Below are positions 1 through 22,184 of a DNA stretch of 64,000 nucleotides, piece after piece. The DNA is taken from the NCBI RefSeq assembly GCF_009914755.1, contig NC_060928.1; one strand, 5' to 3'. The translations under genes and the position numbers were made by a program. Each line of letters starts with the position of its first letter. Position 1 is the first letter of the stretch. The DNA comes from the human T2T-CHM13v2.0 reference genome, Homo sapiens. The notes under the pieces were generated by a model that was given only the letters and a program-made list of their open reading frames with translations, did no database searches and had not been told where the DNA came from.

Positions 1-1309
<1,309 letters not shown>

Positions 1310-1310
<1 letters not shown>

Positions 1311-1408
1311 AGAAAGAAAGAAAGAGAAAGAGAGAGAGAGAGAGAAAGGAAGGAAGGAAGGAAGGAAGGAAGGAAGGAAGGAAGGAAGGAAGGAAGGAAG
1401 GAAGGAAG
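1310..1408 (+). repeat. Polypurine tract (GAAA)/(GA)n/(GGAA)about 15 derived from an Alu tail
   Basis: Read directly from the sequence. Confidence 0.97.
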
Positions 1409-1414
1409 TGAGTG

Positions 1415-1690
1415 AGTGAGCTTATTCACCTCAGCTTTCAATTTGAAGCCATGCTTTTCATGGGCAGCCCCAGACAATAATCGTGCATGGCAAGGGTAAG
1501 TAGGACTGGTCATTTCTGCCCAAAGCTGGCCTCTTCTAACAATCTTTGCTGTGGAGCTCCCTGCTGAACTGACTGAGACTTTGTCAAATCTGCAATGTCC
1601 CAAGTCTCTCTCTGCCCCATCCTGCTTACTACCTCTTTTATCTCTCACAGACTAAATTTACCAATAAACCTCTTTCATTCCTGTCTCATT
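1415..1690 (+). mobile_element. Old ERVL-class LTR fragment (LTR16/LTR33-like)
   Basis: ctgccccatcctgcttactacc...ccaataaacctc end pattern; family uncertain. Confidence 0.4.
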
Positions 1691-1764
1691 TTCTGATTTC
1701 CATAGGCCTGTTTACACACCTGGTAAATAATGAGCTTAGGAATATCTGGTCAAGGATATCTGAT

Positions 1765-1970
1765 TGCTAATGACTGAAAGTTTGTGTCTCCCCAAAATTT
1801 GTATGTTAAAACCCTAATCCCTCATGTGATGGTATTTGGAGATGGAAACTTTGGGAAGTAATTAGGTCATAACCCTAATGAGTGGTATTAGTCCCCTTAG
1901 AGGAAGACACATGAAAACATCCTCTTTCTCTGCTCTCCACCATGTGAGTATACAATAAGATAGCCATCTG
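1765..1970 (+). mobile_element. MLT1A-like LTR 5' fragment
   Basis: gtttgtgtctccccaaaatttgtatgttaaaaccctaatccctcatgtgatggtatttggagatgg. Confidence 0.7.
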
Positions 1971-4965
<2,995 letters not shown>

Positions 4966-5194
4966 TTACCTTTCAGATTTTTTTTTTCTCAACAGCATGA
5001 ATGCAGTAAATTCTTTCACTAAAAAAGCATTGGTTCACAATAGAATAAAAATGTATTTGTCCTGCTTTTACTCATGTTTCAATGTGTGGCTCTGGAGCTA
5101 TTCATGAATTGGTGTTTTATTTGCAGTAGTTGCAATGGCAGCTGAGAAACATTTTGCAACGAAAAAAATTCATTTTACTCTTATATATGAATAT

Positions 5195-5740
5195 GTGTGA
5201 GTTATGTTCATTATCTAATGCTGCATGACAAAATTATCCTGTAACCTAGTGTCTTAAAACATCGATAATCATTTATCATCTCTCACCATTTCTGATCATC
5301 AGAAATTCAGGAGTCGTTTGGCTGCAATATTCTGGTTTTAGATGTCTCATGAGGTTGTAGTCAGATGTCAACTAAGTCTATAGTTATCTGAAAGTTTGAC
5401 TGAGGCTGGAAAATCTACTTCCAAAATGACTCACTGTCATATCTGGCAAGTTGGTGCTGGCTGTTGGCAGGAAGCCTCAGTTCCTCTGCATGTGGGCCTC
5501 TCTTCTTGAGCTGCTTGAATGTTCTCATTTCATGCTTGCCAGCTTCCCCCAGAGCAGGCAATCCCAGATTAAGAGAGAAGCTTCAATGAATTCTATTATC
5601 TTGATTTGGAAGTCATGCAGCATCTTTTCCACCATATTCTATTGGTCATACAGAACAGCCCTGAATCAGTGTGGCAGTAGACTATACAATGGTATGAATA
5701 CCAGGAGGCAAGGACAATTGGAAGCCATCTTAGAAGCTGG
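5195..5740 (-). mobile_element. MLT1 (MaLR, G/H-like) LTR
   Basis: Characteristic MLT1 motifs (gtctcatgaggttgtagtcagatgtc, ctacttccaaaatgactcact, ttggcaggaagcctcagttcctc). Confidence 0.7.
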
Positions 5741-6308
5741 TGTATTAGTCAGGGTTCTCTGCAGGCACAGAACTAATAGGATAGATGTATATATGAAGGG
5801 GAGTTTATTAAGGAGTTATTATTGACTCATGATCACAAGATGAAGTCTCACAATAGGCCACCTGCAAGCTGAGCAGCAAGGAAGTCAGAGTCCCGAAACC
5901 TCAAAAGTAAGGAAGCCAACAATGCCGCCTTCAGTCTGCAGCTAAAGGCCCCTGGAAAACCACTGGTGTAAGTCCAAGAGGCCAAAAGCTGAAGAACTTG
6001 TAGTCTGATGTTCAAGGGCAGGAAGCATCCAGCGTGGGAGAAAGATGAAGGCAGGAAGCATCCAGCGTGGGAGAAAGATGAAGGCCGGAAGACTCAGCAA
6101 GTCAAGTCCTTCCAAATTTTGCCTGCTTTATCCTAGCTGTGCTGGCAGCTGATTAGATGGTGCCCACCCAGATTGAGGGAGGGTCCGCCTCTCCCAGTCC
6201 ACTGACTCAATGTTAATCTCCTTTGGCAACACCCTTACAGACACACCCAGAAGCAATACTCTGCATCCTTCAATCCAATCAAGTTGACACTCAGTGTTAA
6301 CCATCGTA
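5741..6308 (-). mobile_element. MLT2A-type (HERV-L) solo LTR nested at the end of an MLT1 LTR
   Basis: Starts tgtattagtcagggttctct and ends gttaaccatcgta (consensus ...CCATCACA); imperfect TSD gctgg/gccag. Confidence 0.85.
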
Positions 6309-6629
6309 GCCAGCTATTGCATAGGTTTAGATACAATATTAACCATGACAACAATTAAAAAAAATCTTTTTAGAGATGAGGTCTTGCTATATTGCCCAGC
6401 CTGGAATGCAGTGACTATTCACAAGTGCAATCATAATAATGCACTACAGCCTCAAATTCCTGGCCTCAAGTGATCCTCCGTCTTCAGCCTACCAAGTAGC
6501 TGAGACTATAGGTGCACGCCACCATGCCTGGCCTGACATCAATTTTTTATATGGGAAAATAGATATTGAACACAATAATACAAAATATTAGCTGGGCCTA
6601 GTGCATGGACCATAGTCTCTGGCACTCTA

Positions 6630-6719
<90 letters not shown>

Positions 6720-7042
6720 TCAAGACTCTGACTCTAAAACAACAACAATAATGATAATAAATAATTGATGATTTGCTCAAATGAACACCAGAAAACAAAT
6801 ATACAAAATATATGAATTATTATTATCTTTATTATATCATTCCTGGGCTCAAGTGATCATCCCGCCTCATCCTCCCAAAGTGCTGTGATTACAGGTGTGA
6901 GATTGCCTGTACCCAAATGCACTCAACCTCAAGCTGTATTTGTATATTTAATTTATAATTGTTGATTCAAATGTACTCAAATTTTGTATACTTTGAATGC
7001 AGTTACATTTTATTTTGAATCTTTTTTTTTTCTTTTTTTTAG

Positions 7043-7324
<282 letters not shown>

Positions 7325-7555
7325 TAGTTTTGAATCTTTTAGATCATGGTTATCATTAACATACAAATTTTGTTAAAATCTTGATTATAACAACATAATT
7401 GGCTGGGCACAGTGACTCATGCCTGTAATCCTAACACCTTGGAAGGCTGAGGCAGGAGGACTGCTTGAGGCCAGGAGTTCAAGACCTGTCTAGGCAACAC
7501 AGAGAGACCCCATCTCTATAAAAAATACAAAATATTGGCTGGGCGTGGTGGCTCA

Positions 7556-7915
<360 letters not shown>

Positions 7916-8289
7916 CTACAGTCAGTGAGCTATGATTGTGCCACTGCACTCCAGCTTGGGTGACAGAGCAAGACCCTGGCTCTAAATAAAATAATAAAAA
8001 ATAATTGGTGATTCGCTGAAATGAACCTCATGAAATAAATTCATAAAAATTTATGAATTATTATGGTCTTCATTATATCACTTATTAATAGACTATCCAG
8101 ACAATAACAATTAGATGGCAAATGTGCAATAATAACTAAATTCAGTCATCTAATAATTTGCCAATTTTGGCCAGGCGCAGTGGCTCACGCCTATAATCCC
8201 AGCACTTTGGGAGGCCAAGGCAGGCAGATCACTTGAGGTCAGGGCTTCAAGACCAGCCTGGCCAACATGGAGAAACCCCATCTCTACTA

Positions 8290-8490
<201 letters not shown>

Positions 8491-8631
8491 TCAGTTTTAT
8501 TGCTCTGAAGGTATATTTTCCATGGAAAGAGGATAGATTTTATTAAACAGTCTGTTAGCTTGGTTTACATTTTACACATATATAGATAAATAGTATGTGG
8601 GCATATGTTTGAATTTTTTTTTTTTTTTTGA

Positions 8632-8892
<261 letters not shown>

Positions 8893-9662
8893 TGAGCCAC
8901 TGTACCCGGCATATTTGAATTCTTGAGCTGCTTACCTGACTTGCAGCCCTCTTGGGGTAAGGGATGGAGGATTAGAGCCTTTCCTGGTCAGTTTACCATG
9001 TGTGAACACTTATGGAGGGACAGGGCTAGGAGAGGAAATAGACCTATTATATGTTTTTGTGGCAAAATAAAATCTGCACCATGGAATTTGCCCAATCACG
9101 TATGTCTAAATTGAGGGGGCATAAGCCCCCACAATACCCAAGGAATTCTAGTCTGGCAGGCAGGGCATATCAGCAGGCGTCTCCTGGCAGGAAGATGTTA
9201 TTCAGAGTTAGGTAAATGGCAGTATTGGGTGGTCTGTCTAGCTCCAATAGGACCCAGATCAATTATATGTGATGAAGACTCAGTCCAACCCCAGGGAAAG
9301 AAAAGTGGCAAAACTTAAACATATAATGAATAGCCACATCCAATAAGTTTGTAGTCAGGAAAGATTCTACTTCCTGTAGAGGATCCTGGTGCCTAAAGCA
9401 GACACTGCAGTGAAAGTCTAGGGACATACAACCTGTGCAAGCACAGAAGGTTATGAGAAGGATGAAACTTAGAGGGTGGGTACTAGGGTCCCAAAGCTAG
9501 CACAGGAATGCGGAAGTAGTGGAAGTACAGGGCTGCCAGTCCAATTAATCTCAGACACCACCTGTGGGTAAAAATAGGTTATTGCTGAGGGCTGTCTCCA
9601 GAATTGGGGAGGCAGTGGTTACAGGGCTGGCTCTGGAAAAGCAGACTGTCAAGCTTCAATAG

Positions 9663-9939
<277 letters not shown>

Positions 9940-10277
9940 TAGTGATCTCACTGCATGTCCAGGCTGGACTTGAATTCCTGAGTTCAAGAGATTCTCCCAC
10001 CTCAGCTACCCAAAGTGCTGGGATTACAAGTGTCAGCCACCACACCTGGCCAAAACATTAGTTTTAAGCAGAAACAAATTCTGGTTTGTGTTTTTAAAAT
10101 ACTTTTTTTTTTTTTAATACTCAGGTTGCTGAATGACAGTATGCTTCAGTGGTACTATTCTAGGAGTTCCATGTATCTTAATGTATTTAATGCTCACAAC
10201 AACCCCATAAAACAGCTATTATAATCATCCTCATCTTACAAAAGAAGACGACACTTAAGGCCGGGCGCGGTGGCTCA

Positions 10278-10628
<351 letters not shown>

Positions 10629-10709
10629 TTAACATTTGAATGTGGGCAAGTTGGTACCATACCTTGAGCTCTTAACTACTATTCTTTTTTCTTTTTTTTT
10701 TTTTTTTGA

Positions 10710-11065
<356 letters not shown>

Positions 11066-11229
11066 TAATTATGCCTCCCAACAAATTTGCCTTATAAAAA
11101 AAAGGCCTCCAATAAACAGAAAGGAAATATCTTTCTTATAAAAACTCCAAGTGTAAAATACCTCTCACTTAGCACTTGAGAATCTGGGATGCTTTCTAAC
11201 AAACACAATATACAGTACTCTTTTTGTCC

Positions 11230-11248
11230 TGGCCACTAGGGGGAAGAG
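11230..11248 (+). promoter_or_regulatory. Candidate CTCF site
   Basis: TGGCCACTAGGGGGAAGAG versus consensus TGGCCACCAGGGGGCGCTA; in non-repeat-looking DNA; 3' part mismatched. Confidence 0.45.
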
Positions 11249-11424
11249 TGGAATGTCAAAGAATTTAAATCTCGTCCACAGATTCACGATAGTTGATAAC
11301 TGGTTTTAGTTCTTTCCCTATACCAGAATATAAAAGTTCTTTTGTATTTTTTGCTTGTGAGAGATCATTTCAGATAAATTTATTAAGCATCCATAAACAT
11401 TTTTCTCTAGTTTCTTTTTTAGAA

Positions 11425-11750
11425 ATAAATGGATTATGCTGAGGGAAAGAAGGCAGACAAGAAATCTATACTGTATGATTCCATTTATATGAAATGTCCA
11501 GAAAAGACAAATCTATAAAGACAAAAAAAAGATTAGTAATTGTCTAGGGTAGAGGCTCAAGAGAACAGGGGTTCACAGTAAATGTGTATGAGGGATCTTA
11601 CTGAGTGACGAAAATATTCTAAACTGACATGGTGATGGCTACACATGTAAAATAGAATAAATGTACTAAAAATTATTGAATTGTACACTTGAAACAGTGA
11701 ATTATATATAATATGTAAAATAAGCCTCAACAAAGTTGTTAAAAAACAAG
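11425..11750 (+). mobile_element. L1M 3' end fragment
   Basis: tactgtatgattccatttatatgaaatgtccagaaaagacaaatctata...ttgaattgtacacttgaaa motifs. Confidence 0.75.
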
Positions 11751-11848
11751 AAATGTGCCGGGCATGGTGGCTCACACCTGTAATCCCAGCACTTTGGGAG
11801 GCCGAGGCAGGTGGATCACCTGAGGTCAGGAGTTCAAGACCAGCCTCA

Positions 11849-12092
<244 letters not shown>

Positions 12093-12387
12093 TTATTCAA
12101 AAAGTTTGAAAATATGTTTAATAGACACATAAAACTGTCTAGAGGGATAACAGTGACTAACTCAGAAATGCTGCTGTGGAGGAAACTGGGAAAATTTTTA
12201 TACTATATGTCTTTCTACATGATTATTTTGACGATAATGAAAAATTTAAAAATGTAATAAAAACTAATTTTTAATAGATGGGAAGTTAAGATGTGTAAAA
12301 TGCAATGACATTTATAAGTATTACCTTTGGATGGTAGAATATGGCTTGTATTTTTTGTCTTTCTAGGTTTCTTTCTTTTCCAATTTT

Positions 12388-12618
12388 ATGTATTTTTTTA
12401 CTTTTAAATTTTTAAATTGACACATAATAATTACATACTTACGGGATACATAGTGATGTTGTGACACATATGTGTATAGCGATCAGATCAGCGTAGTTAG
12501 CATTTCATCTCAAACACTTAAGATTTCTTTGTGTTGGAACATTCAATACCCTCCAGCTAGCTACTTGAAACTGTATAATATATAACTATTAACTATAGTC
12601 ATCCTACAGTGCTACAGG
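12388..12618 (-). mobile_element. L1MA-type LINE-1 3' end with decayed poly(A)
   Basis: Typical antisense L1MA terminus (tttttaaattgacacataataattacatacttacgggatacatagtgatgtt...ctatagtcatcctacagtgcta). Confidence 0.75.
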
Positions 12619-12711
12619 AAAATACGGAAGGCTTCACGAATTTGCATGTCATTCATGCTAATCTTCTCTGTATCATTCCGATTTTAGTGTTTGTGCTGCT
12701 GAAGTGAGTAC
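12619..12711 (-). pseudogene. U6 snRNA retrocopy with about 13-nt internal deletion, fused to an L1 3' end
   Basis: Reverse complement GTACTCACTTCAGCAGCACAAACACTAAAATCGGAATGATACAGAGAAGATTAGCATGAATGACATGCAAATTCGTGAAGCCTTCCGTATTTT aligns to U6 end to end. Confidence 0.92.
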
Positions 12712-12770
12712 ATTTGCCAATTTAAAAATGATTATATATTACTTTTCCAACAAAAACTGAATGGGTTTAA

Positions 12771-13100
<330 letters not shown>

Positions 13101-13114
13101 TGAATTTTTTTTGA

Positions 13115-13383
<269 letters not shown>

Positions 13384-13386
13384 TGA

Positions 13387-13797
<411 letters not shown>

Positions 13798-13891
13798 TAG
13801 GACCTTTTTTTTTTTTTTTTTAGCTCAAGAAAGACCTGTGGTTTAGACACTTAAACAAAAAGAAGTAACATCTACTGGCCTTTAATCTTGA

Positions 13892-14167
<276 letters not shown>

Positions 14168-14737
14168 TGATTCACCCACCTGGGCCTCTCAAAGTGCTGG
14201 GATTGCAGGCGTGAGCCACTGCACCCAGCCAGGTATTTCTTTTCTCATTTTCATTTGCATCTACAAATTTATATAGGATGGGAGGGAAAAAAATTCATGA
14301 GATTAGAAATTGGGATCTTTAAGATTCAAGTTCATCAGCACATATCTGATGACAAATGCGGCCGTAGAGAGCCTGGTAGGAATAAGACAGTTAAAATGAT
14401 AATGGGGGTGGAGTAGGGGTGAAATACCCAACAGGAAATTTACTATAAGGGCGGAGCTATCTGAATGGATGACCCAGAGCTTTCTGCAGGACCTGAATCA
14501 TTGAAGGCAGATGTTACCTTGAGGTGCAATGTGTAGTTGAACTAGAAATTTCTCCCTACTTAGATACTATACAACGTCTTGAAGAAAATGTCTGTATTTG
14601 AAGAGTTTGAAGTGCTGTACTGAGAAAGCCACTTCTGAGAGTGACACTGGAGCAAGTACCTGGAAGAAACACTGAGCCCCAGCTGCATTGGCAGAGACCT
14701 GTTTCAGTTGCCCTAGAAACAAAGAGCAGGGCACCAG

Positions 14738-15392
<655 letters not shown>

Positions 15393-15498
15393 ACTCCCCA
15401 CTAAGAGATGTGATCCTCATAAATCTTTATAGGAAGCAGAGGGACCGGCGGTCTTTTTTCTGTAAGTTCTTCATGCTGACTTGGGGCATAGTCCCTAC

Positions 15499-16679
<1,181 letters not shown>

Positions 16680-17221
16680 TAAGTCCTGACCTCAGCCTCT
16701 CAAAGTGCTGGGATCTGCACTGCCTCGGTCTCGCAAAGTGCTAGGATTACAGGCATGAGCCACCGCACCCGGCCTGAGGGATGTATTTCTAATCGTTGCT
16801 TCTTTTACTTTAAACCACAGAAAAAGGACCTAACAAATGATGCCCTTTTAGAAGAGTGAAGGCCTCCTGGCAGTGTTTTCTTTAACCCATGATATGGGTT
16901 AAGAGGAATGAATAAATGTTTTATTTTTGACTGATTATGAGGCAACGTATGTATCATTAAAGTTTCTTACCTACATTGGGCCTTCATCTTTTATCTATCA
17001 AAGTACAAGGGTATCCATGTATAAGGCTGGCTGCAAACTCCTTCACAATAAAAGTACACCACATTAATGCACATAACAGACCCCTTTTCTACTTCTATTG
17101 TTCATAGAGGCATAAGAAAAAATATTCAAAGATAAGAGTTTCATGACAGTAGAAGTCTTAATCTGTGAATTAGGGAAAAACTGTTCATATCAAGGATGCC
17201 ATCTGCTTCTCGGGAAACATT

Positions 17222-17393
17222 TCCCTGGTCAGCTTTACCTCAAGGGTTCCAATGGATGCACAGTTCCAAAAGTGTGGAGGGACCCGGGACCCTTCTCAGT
17301 TGTGAGACCATAAACCCAAAGCCCAAGGTTCTGAAGTTTTGTTGTAGTGTGGATGACAAGGACAGTCTTTCTCTGATGTTTCCAGAAGATCCA
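17222..17393 (-). pseudogene. ERV pol remnant (integrase C-terminus), frameshifted and internally deleted
   Basis: Manual translation across frames: WIFWKHQRKT-VLVIHTTTKLQNLGLWVY / SQLRRVP / WNCASIGTLEVKLTRE, similar to gammaretroviral-type integrase tails. Confidence 0.6.
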
Positions 17394-19476
17394 AACCATA
17401 AAAAAGCTTTTTTTTCACCTGGTGAAAACACACTGCAGCATAATAGTCTACTGTTATAACATCAGCCCTCTTGCATGGGAAAGCTTTTATAAAACCAGAA
17501 AACATACATTGAAAATAACAATTGAATGAAATCCCTTTATAAAATGTTTAAATGGCCCACCAGGTGACCAAATGTACGTGAAACTTTATCTTCCCAGGAA
17601 TATGGAACCAAGCTTTGGTTATAAAATGTTTTAAACAATTTCAGTATCAGCTGGTTTAATATGAAAATCTGACAGTATTTTCTTGGTATTTAATTAATTT
17701 TTGTTCTACTCGGGTTAGTAGCTTTATACAAGGAAATTTGGTTATTTCTGTGGTTTACAATAACAATTTAATAACCATAATTATAATTAATAGCACATAC
17801 TACTTTAGAAATCCCATATAATTTTGGAACATATATTAGTAATATTCACAAAAATAAAACCTAAAGAACACTGAACATCATTTTGGCAATCCCATGTACC
17901 TAACATGTCAGAAAATCCTGTTTACCTCTTTTCTGAATGTTTTCAGGACCCTCTTATCCATCCAAAAAGTCAGGGATTAGGAAAGACAACTTTGAAACTG
18001 AAGTTTGATTTTAGAATTCCAGATTACCAGAAATTATTTATTTTGCCAAAATGACTCAGAAATTTTAAACTAGTAAAAATCTTTTATAACCTTTTACAAA
18101 AAAAAAAAAAGCCACATTCAACTGTTCTTACACATCTTGCAGGTAAAACTGTTTCTTTTTTTTTGAGACGGAGTCTCGCTCTGTTGCCCAGGCTGGAGTG
18201 CAGTGGCGCGATCTCGGCTCACTGCAAGCTCCGCCTCCCGGGTCACGCTATTCTCCTGCCTCAGCCTCCTGAGTAGCTGAGACTACAGGCGCCCGCCACC
18301 ACGCCCGGCTAATTTTTTTGTATTTTTAGTAGAGACGGGGTTTCACCGTGTTAGCCAGGATGGTCTCGATCTCCTGACCTCGTGATCTGCCCGCCTCGGC
18401 CTCCCAAAGTGCTGGGATTACAGGCGTGAGCCACCGCGCCCAGCCTGTAAAACTGTTTCTAGTAGTCTTAATTGCATGTTACAGTGGCAACTCTTAGCAA
18501 TTTTAACTTTAATGTAAAACCTGGTAAGTTATGTTCTGGTAAGATTTGACTATTTTCAGCATAGCTAGGAGCGTGGCCAACTCCACACATCCCCAGGCCT
18601 TACCTAGCTGGAAAGCAGGCAAGTTAAACAATTTTCAAAAGCCAAAGAAGCAATTTATGAACTTAAAGCATTTAGCAAACCTAATATTTGAATATAACTT
18701 AGACCACATGTTTACATTGTGAAGATATTGTATTTTACCAATAATCTTTAAAACCATCTTTATTTCCCAAAGATTGCTAAAGTCATGTGAACTAAAAGGC
18801 ATTATACTTTCTAGTTTTCTGACAAAATATTTGATTTAAGCTCTTCTTCTTATTAAACCAATTAATTTAAAACTTTACACAGGAGATAAACAGTGAATTT
18901 TACTTTATATTTAACCAGTTTGCACAGAGAGAAAGAGACCAGAGAGAGACTGACTGGTAAGAAATTCTTACCCTTTTGCCGGCATGCCAGGTTTCTGGGT
19001 TCTCTCTCCCTGAGCAGCCCAGGAGACCCTGCTTGACCGTATGCAAAGAGACACATTGCTATGAATTAAGAATATTCATAGATAGTTTACAAATTTTGGA
19101 GAAACTAAAAAAAGAGTTAAATTCTATTTGTGAGAGTATACTCAACAAACTTAAAATATCAGGAAGCCTAAAATCCAAAACTTTAGTTTAAGGATAGAAA
19201 GCTGGTGTGCTCCATTAATTCCTGCAGGCCCGACAAAGGAAGCTTGGGAATTCCAGATAAATGGAACTAATGATGACTTGCTAGAAATGCATAGGAAACA
19301 AAATAACTATTCACAGAACCAAAGGAAAGCCTTCTACTAGAAACTAAAAAGCATCATGGTTTTATATATATTGATACACAACCAGTCAGAGGTGAATAAG
19401 CAGCAAACGAATAGGCTGGGCGCGGTGGCTCATACCTGTAATCCTAGCACTTTGGGAGGCTGAGGCGGGCGGATCA

Positions 19477-19758
<282 letters not shown>

Positions 19759-20137
19759 TCAATTTACCTTAGTGGTTACAGTGTTACCTAGGGCCCCAAA
19801 AAACCCACATAATGAATATTTTGCTCCTGATACACAATTCAATATCCCTATATTCACCAATATTTTATACATTCTGTGCAATCAAAAAATCCACTTTAGG
19901 CACATGACCAATAAGTATTCTAGGCACTATCCACACAAACCAGTAAACATAGTGTGAAGCAATGCAAGCATGTATGTGAAATTTGGCTTTACACTAAATC
20001 CAGTTTCATGCTTAACTATATTAAAAAAAGAATTGGCGGCCGGGCATGGTTACAGGCTCACGCCTGTAATCCCAGCACTTTGAGAGGCAGAGGCGGGCGA
20101 ATCACCTGAGGTCAGGAGTTCGAGACCAGCCTGGCTA

Positions 20138-20272
<135 letters not shown>

Positions 20273-20825
20273 TCACGCCATTGCACTCCAGCTTGGGTAA
20301 CAAGAGCAGAACTCCGTCTCAAATAAAAGAAAAAAAAATTGCCAAACTGCCAATGCATTTTTTACAATACTTCTTATTTTACTTTAATCAAGACTAAGAG
20401 CTTTAACTATGAAAATGTTAAATAGCCAAATGTCTCCAATTTTTTATCAGGTTTTAAAGAATATTTTATTATTTAAACTTTTTCCACATCTTTCTCCCCT
20501 ACTTAATGGCTTCTTACTACACTGTTTCATAAATAACCTTTGCAAATCTGTAATTTGAACTAACTTTTAGATAACTTCTGAATTAGACAAAATTATTATT
20601 TTTCCACTAATAACTGATTCTGGCACATTTTACATACAGAATTACGTGTTAACTAGAATTTTTATCCTTATTAGCCTAAAACTTTAGTGAAACCCTAAAA
20701 AGCAAGAAATCCTGAACTATCAGATATGGACATTTACAGATAAGAACAATTCCACAATTTCAGAAACATATTCCTATATTACAACCCTTTCTTAATTGGA
20801 AATGACTCATATATTAAATAAGCAT

Positions 20826-21384
20826 TGTTAGAAATATGAAATATGTTAGAAATAGATAATCAGTGCCACAAAGAAAAGTCAGCAGAGAGACAAAAGATCT
20901 CTCAGCAAGGCAATCTTTACTTTCTGCAGAAAGGGTACTCAGTCACAGATGGAACAATGGCGAGAGCATACATGAACAAAGGAAAAGCAGGTATATTTAT
21001 CCCTTATGCATTTGGGTCGACCTTACTGCTGTGCCCTGCATCCATTGACTGGAGCGGGACCTCACACTCAAACTGATACCCGATTTGCTAATAGCTAAAA
21101 CTTTTCTAAATAGGTAAGTGCAGGGAAGAACAAAGAAGTTGCTTACGAAAGGTTTAAGGAAGCAATAACATTTCCAAATAAGGAAGGGGCATAGGCTGTG
21201 AGCTGGAACGTGACTGTGAGCATGTCCAACAGTTACATAAGATAGGGCTTAACAAGAGTTATTAGCACAAAGCAACGATGCTTGAAGAAAGTTAGTCTTT
21301 AAAAGAAACTATTATTTCTAACACTTATGATTTATGCTTTAACAAGAAGGGGAACTTTGAAGAGGAAACTTCTTACTTTCCACA
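20826..21384 (-). mobile_element. Solo LTR (LTR10/HERV-I-like) nested in the provirus
   Basis: TG...CA termini, exact 5-bp TSD AGCAT (20821-20825, 21385-21389); minus strand begins TGTGGAAAGTAAGAAGTTTCCTCTTCAAAG as in LTR10 consensus (recall). Confidence 0.8.
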
Positions 21385-21592
21385 AGCATCAAAAATAACT
21401 TTAAGATTTTAATTTATGGGCGGGGCGCGGTGGCTCACACCTGTAATCCCAGCACTTTGGGAGGCTGAGGCGGGCCGATCACGAGGTCAGGAGATCGAGA
21501 CCATCCTGGCCAACATGGTGAAACCCAGTCTCTACTAAAAATACAAAAATCAGCCGGGCGTGGTGGTGTGTGCCTATAATCCCAGCTACTTA

Positions 21593-21709
<117 letters not shown>

Positions 21710-22145
21710 TTAATTCACACAAAATGTCTACCTAAAACATTTATCCCATTCACTGTACTTTATTTTTTACTGTTAACAGAGGAGACATGAGACATCAATC
21801 AACATATGTAAAATGAACATTGGTTTGGACTCTGAGGTGAGGAGGGAGCTTGGAGGCTTTCAGATCACAGGTAGGTGGGAGGCAAACAGTTGCATTCTCC
21901 TGAGTTCCTGATTAGCCCTTCCCAAGGAAGCAATCAGATATACATTTATCTCAGTGAGACTTTGAATAGAGCGGGAGGCAGGCTCGCCCCTAGCAGCTCC
22001 CAGCTTGAATTAACACTGACATTTTAAAATACCTAGCAAAGACAAACATAAAATTCAGACAAAATGTATGCTGACAATTCTGAAGGCATTTCTGTTTTTA
22101 TTCCACCAATAATTTTAAAGCTAGCTTGTTTATTAAAGTTATACT

Positions 22146-22184
<39 letters not shown>

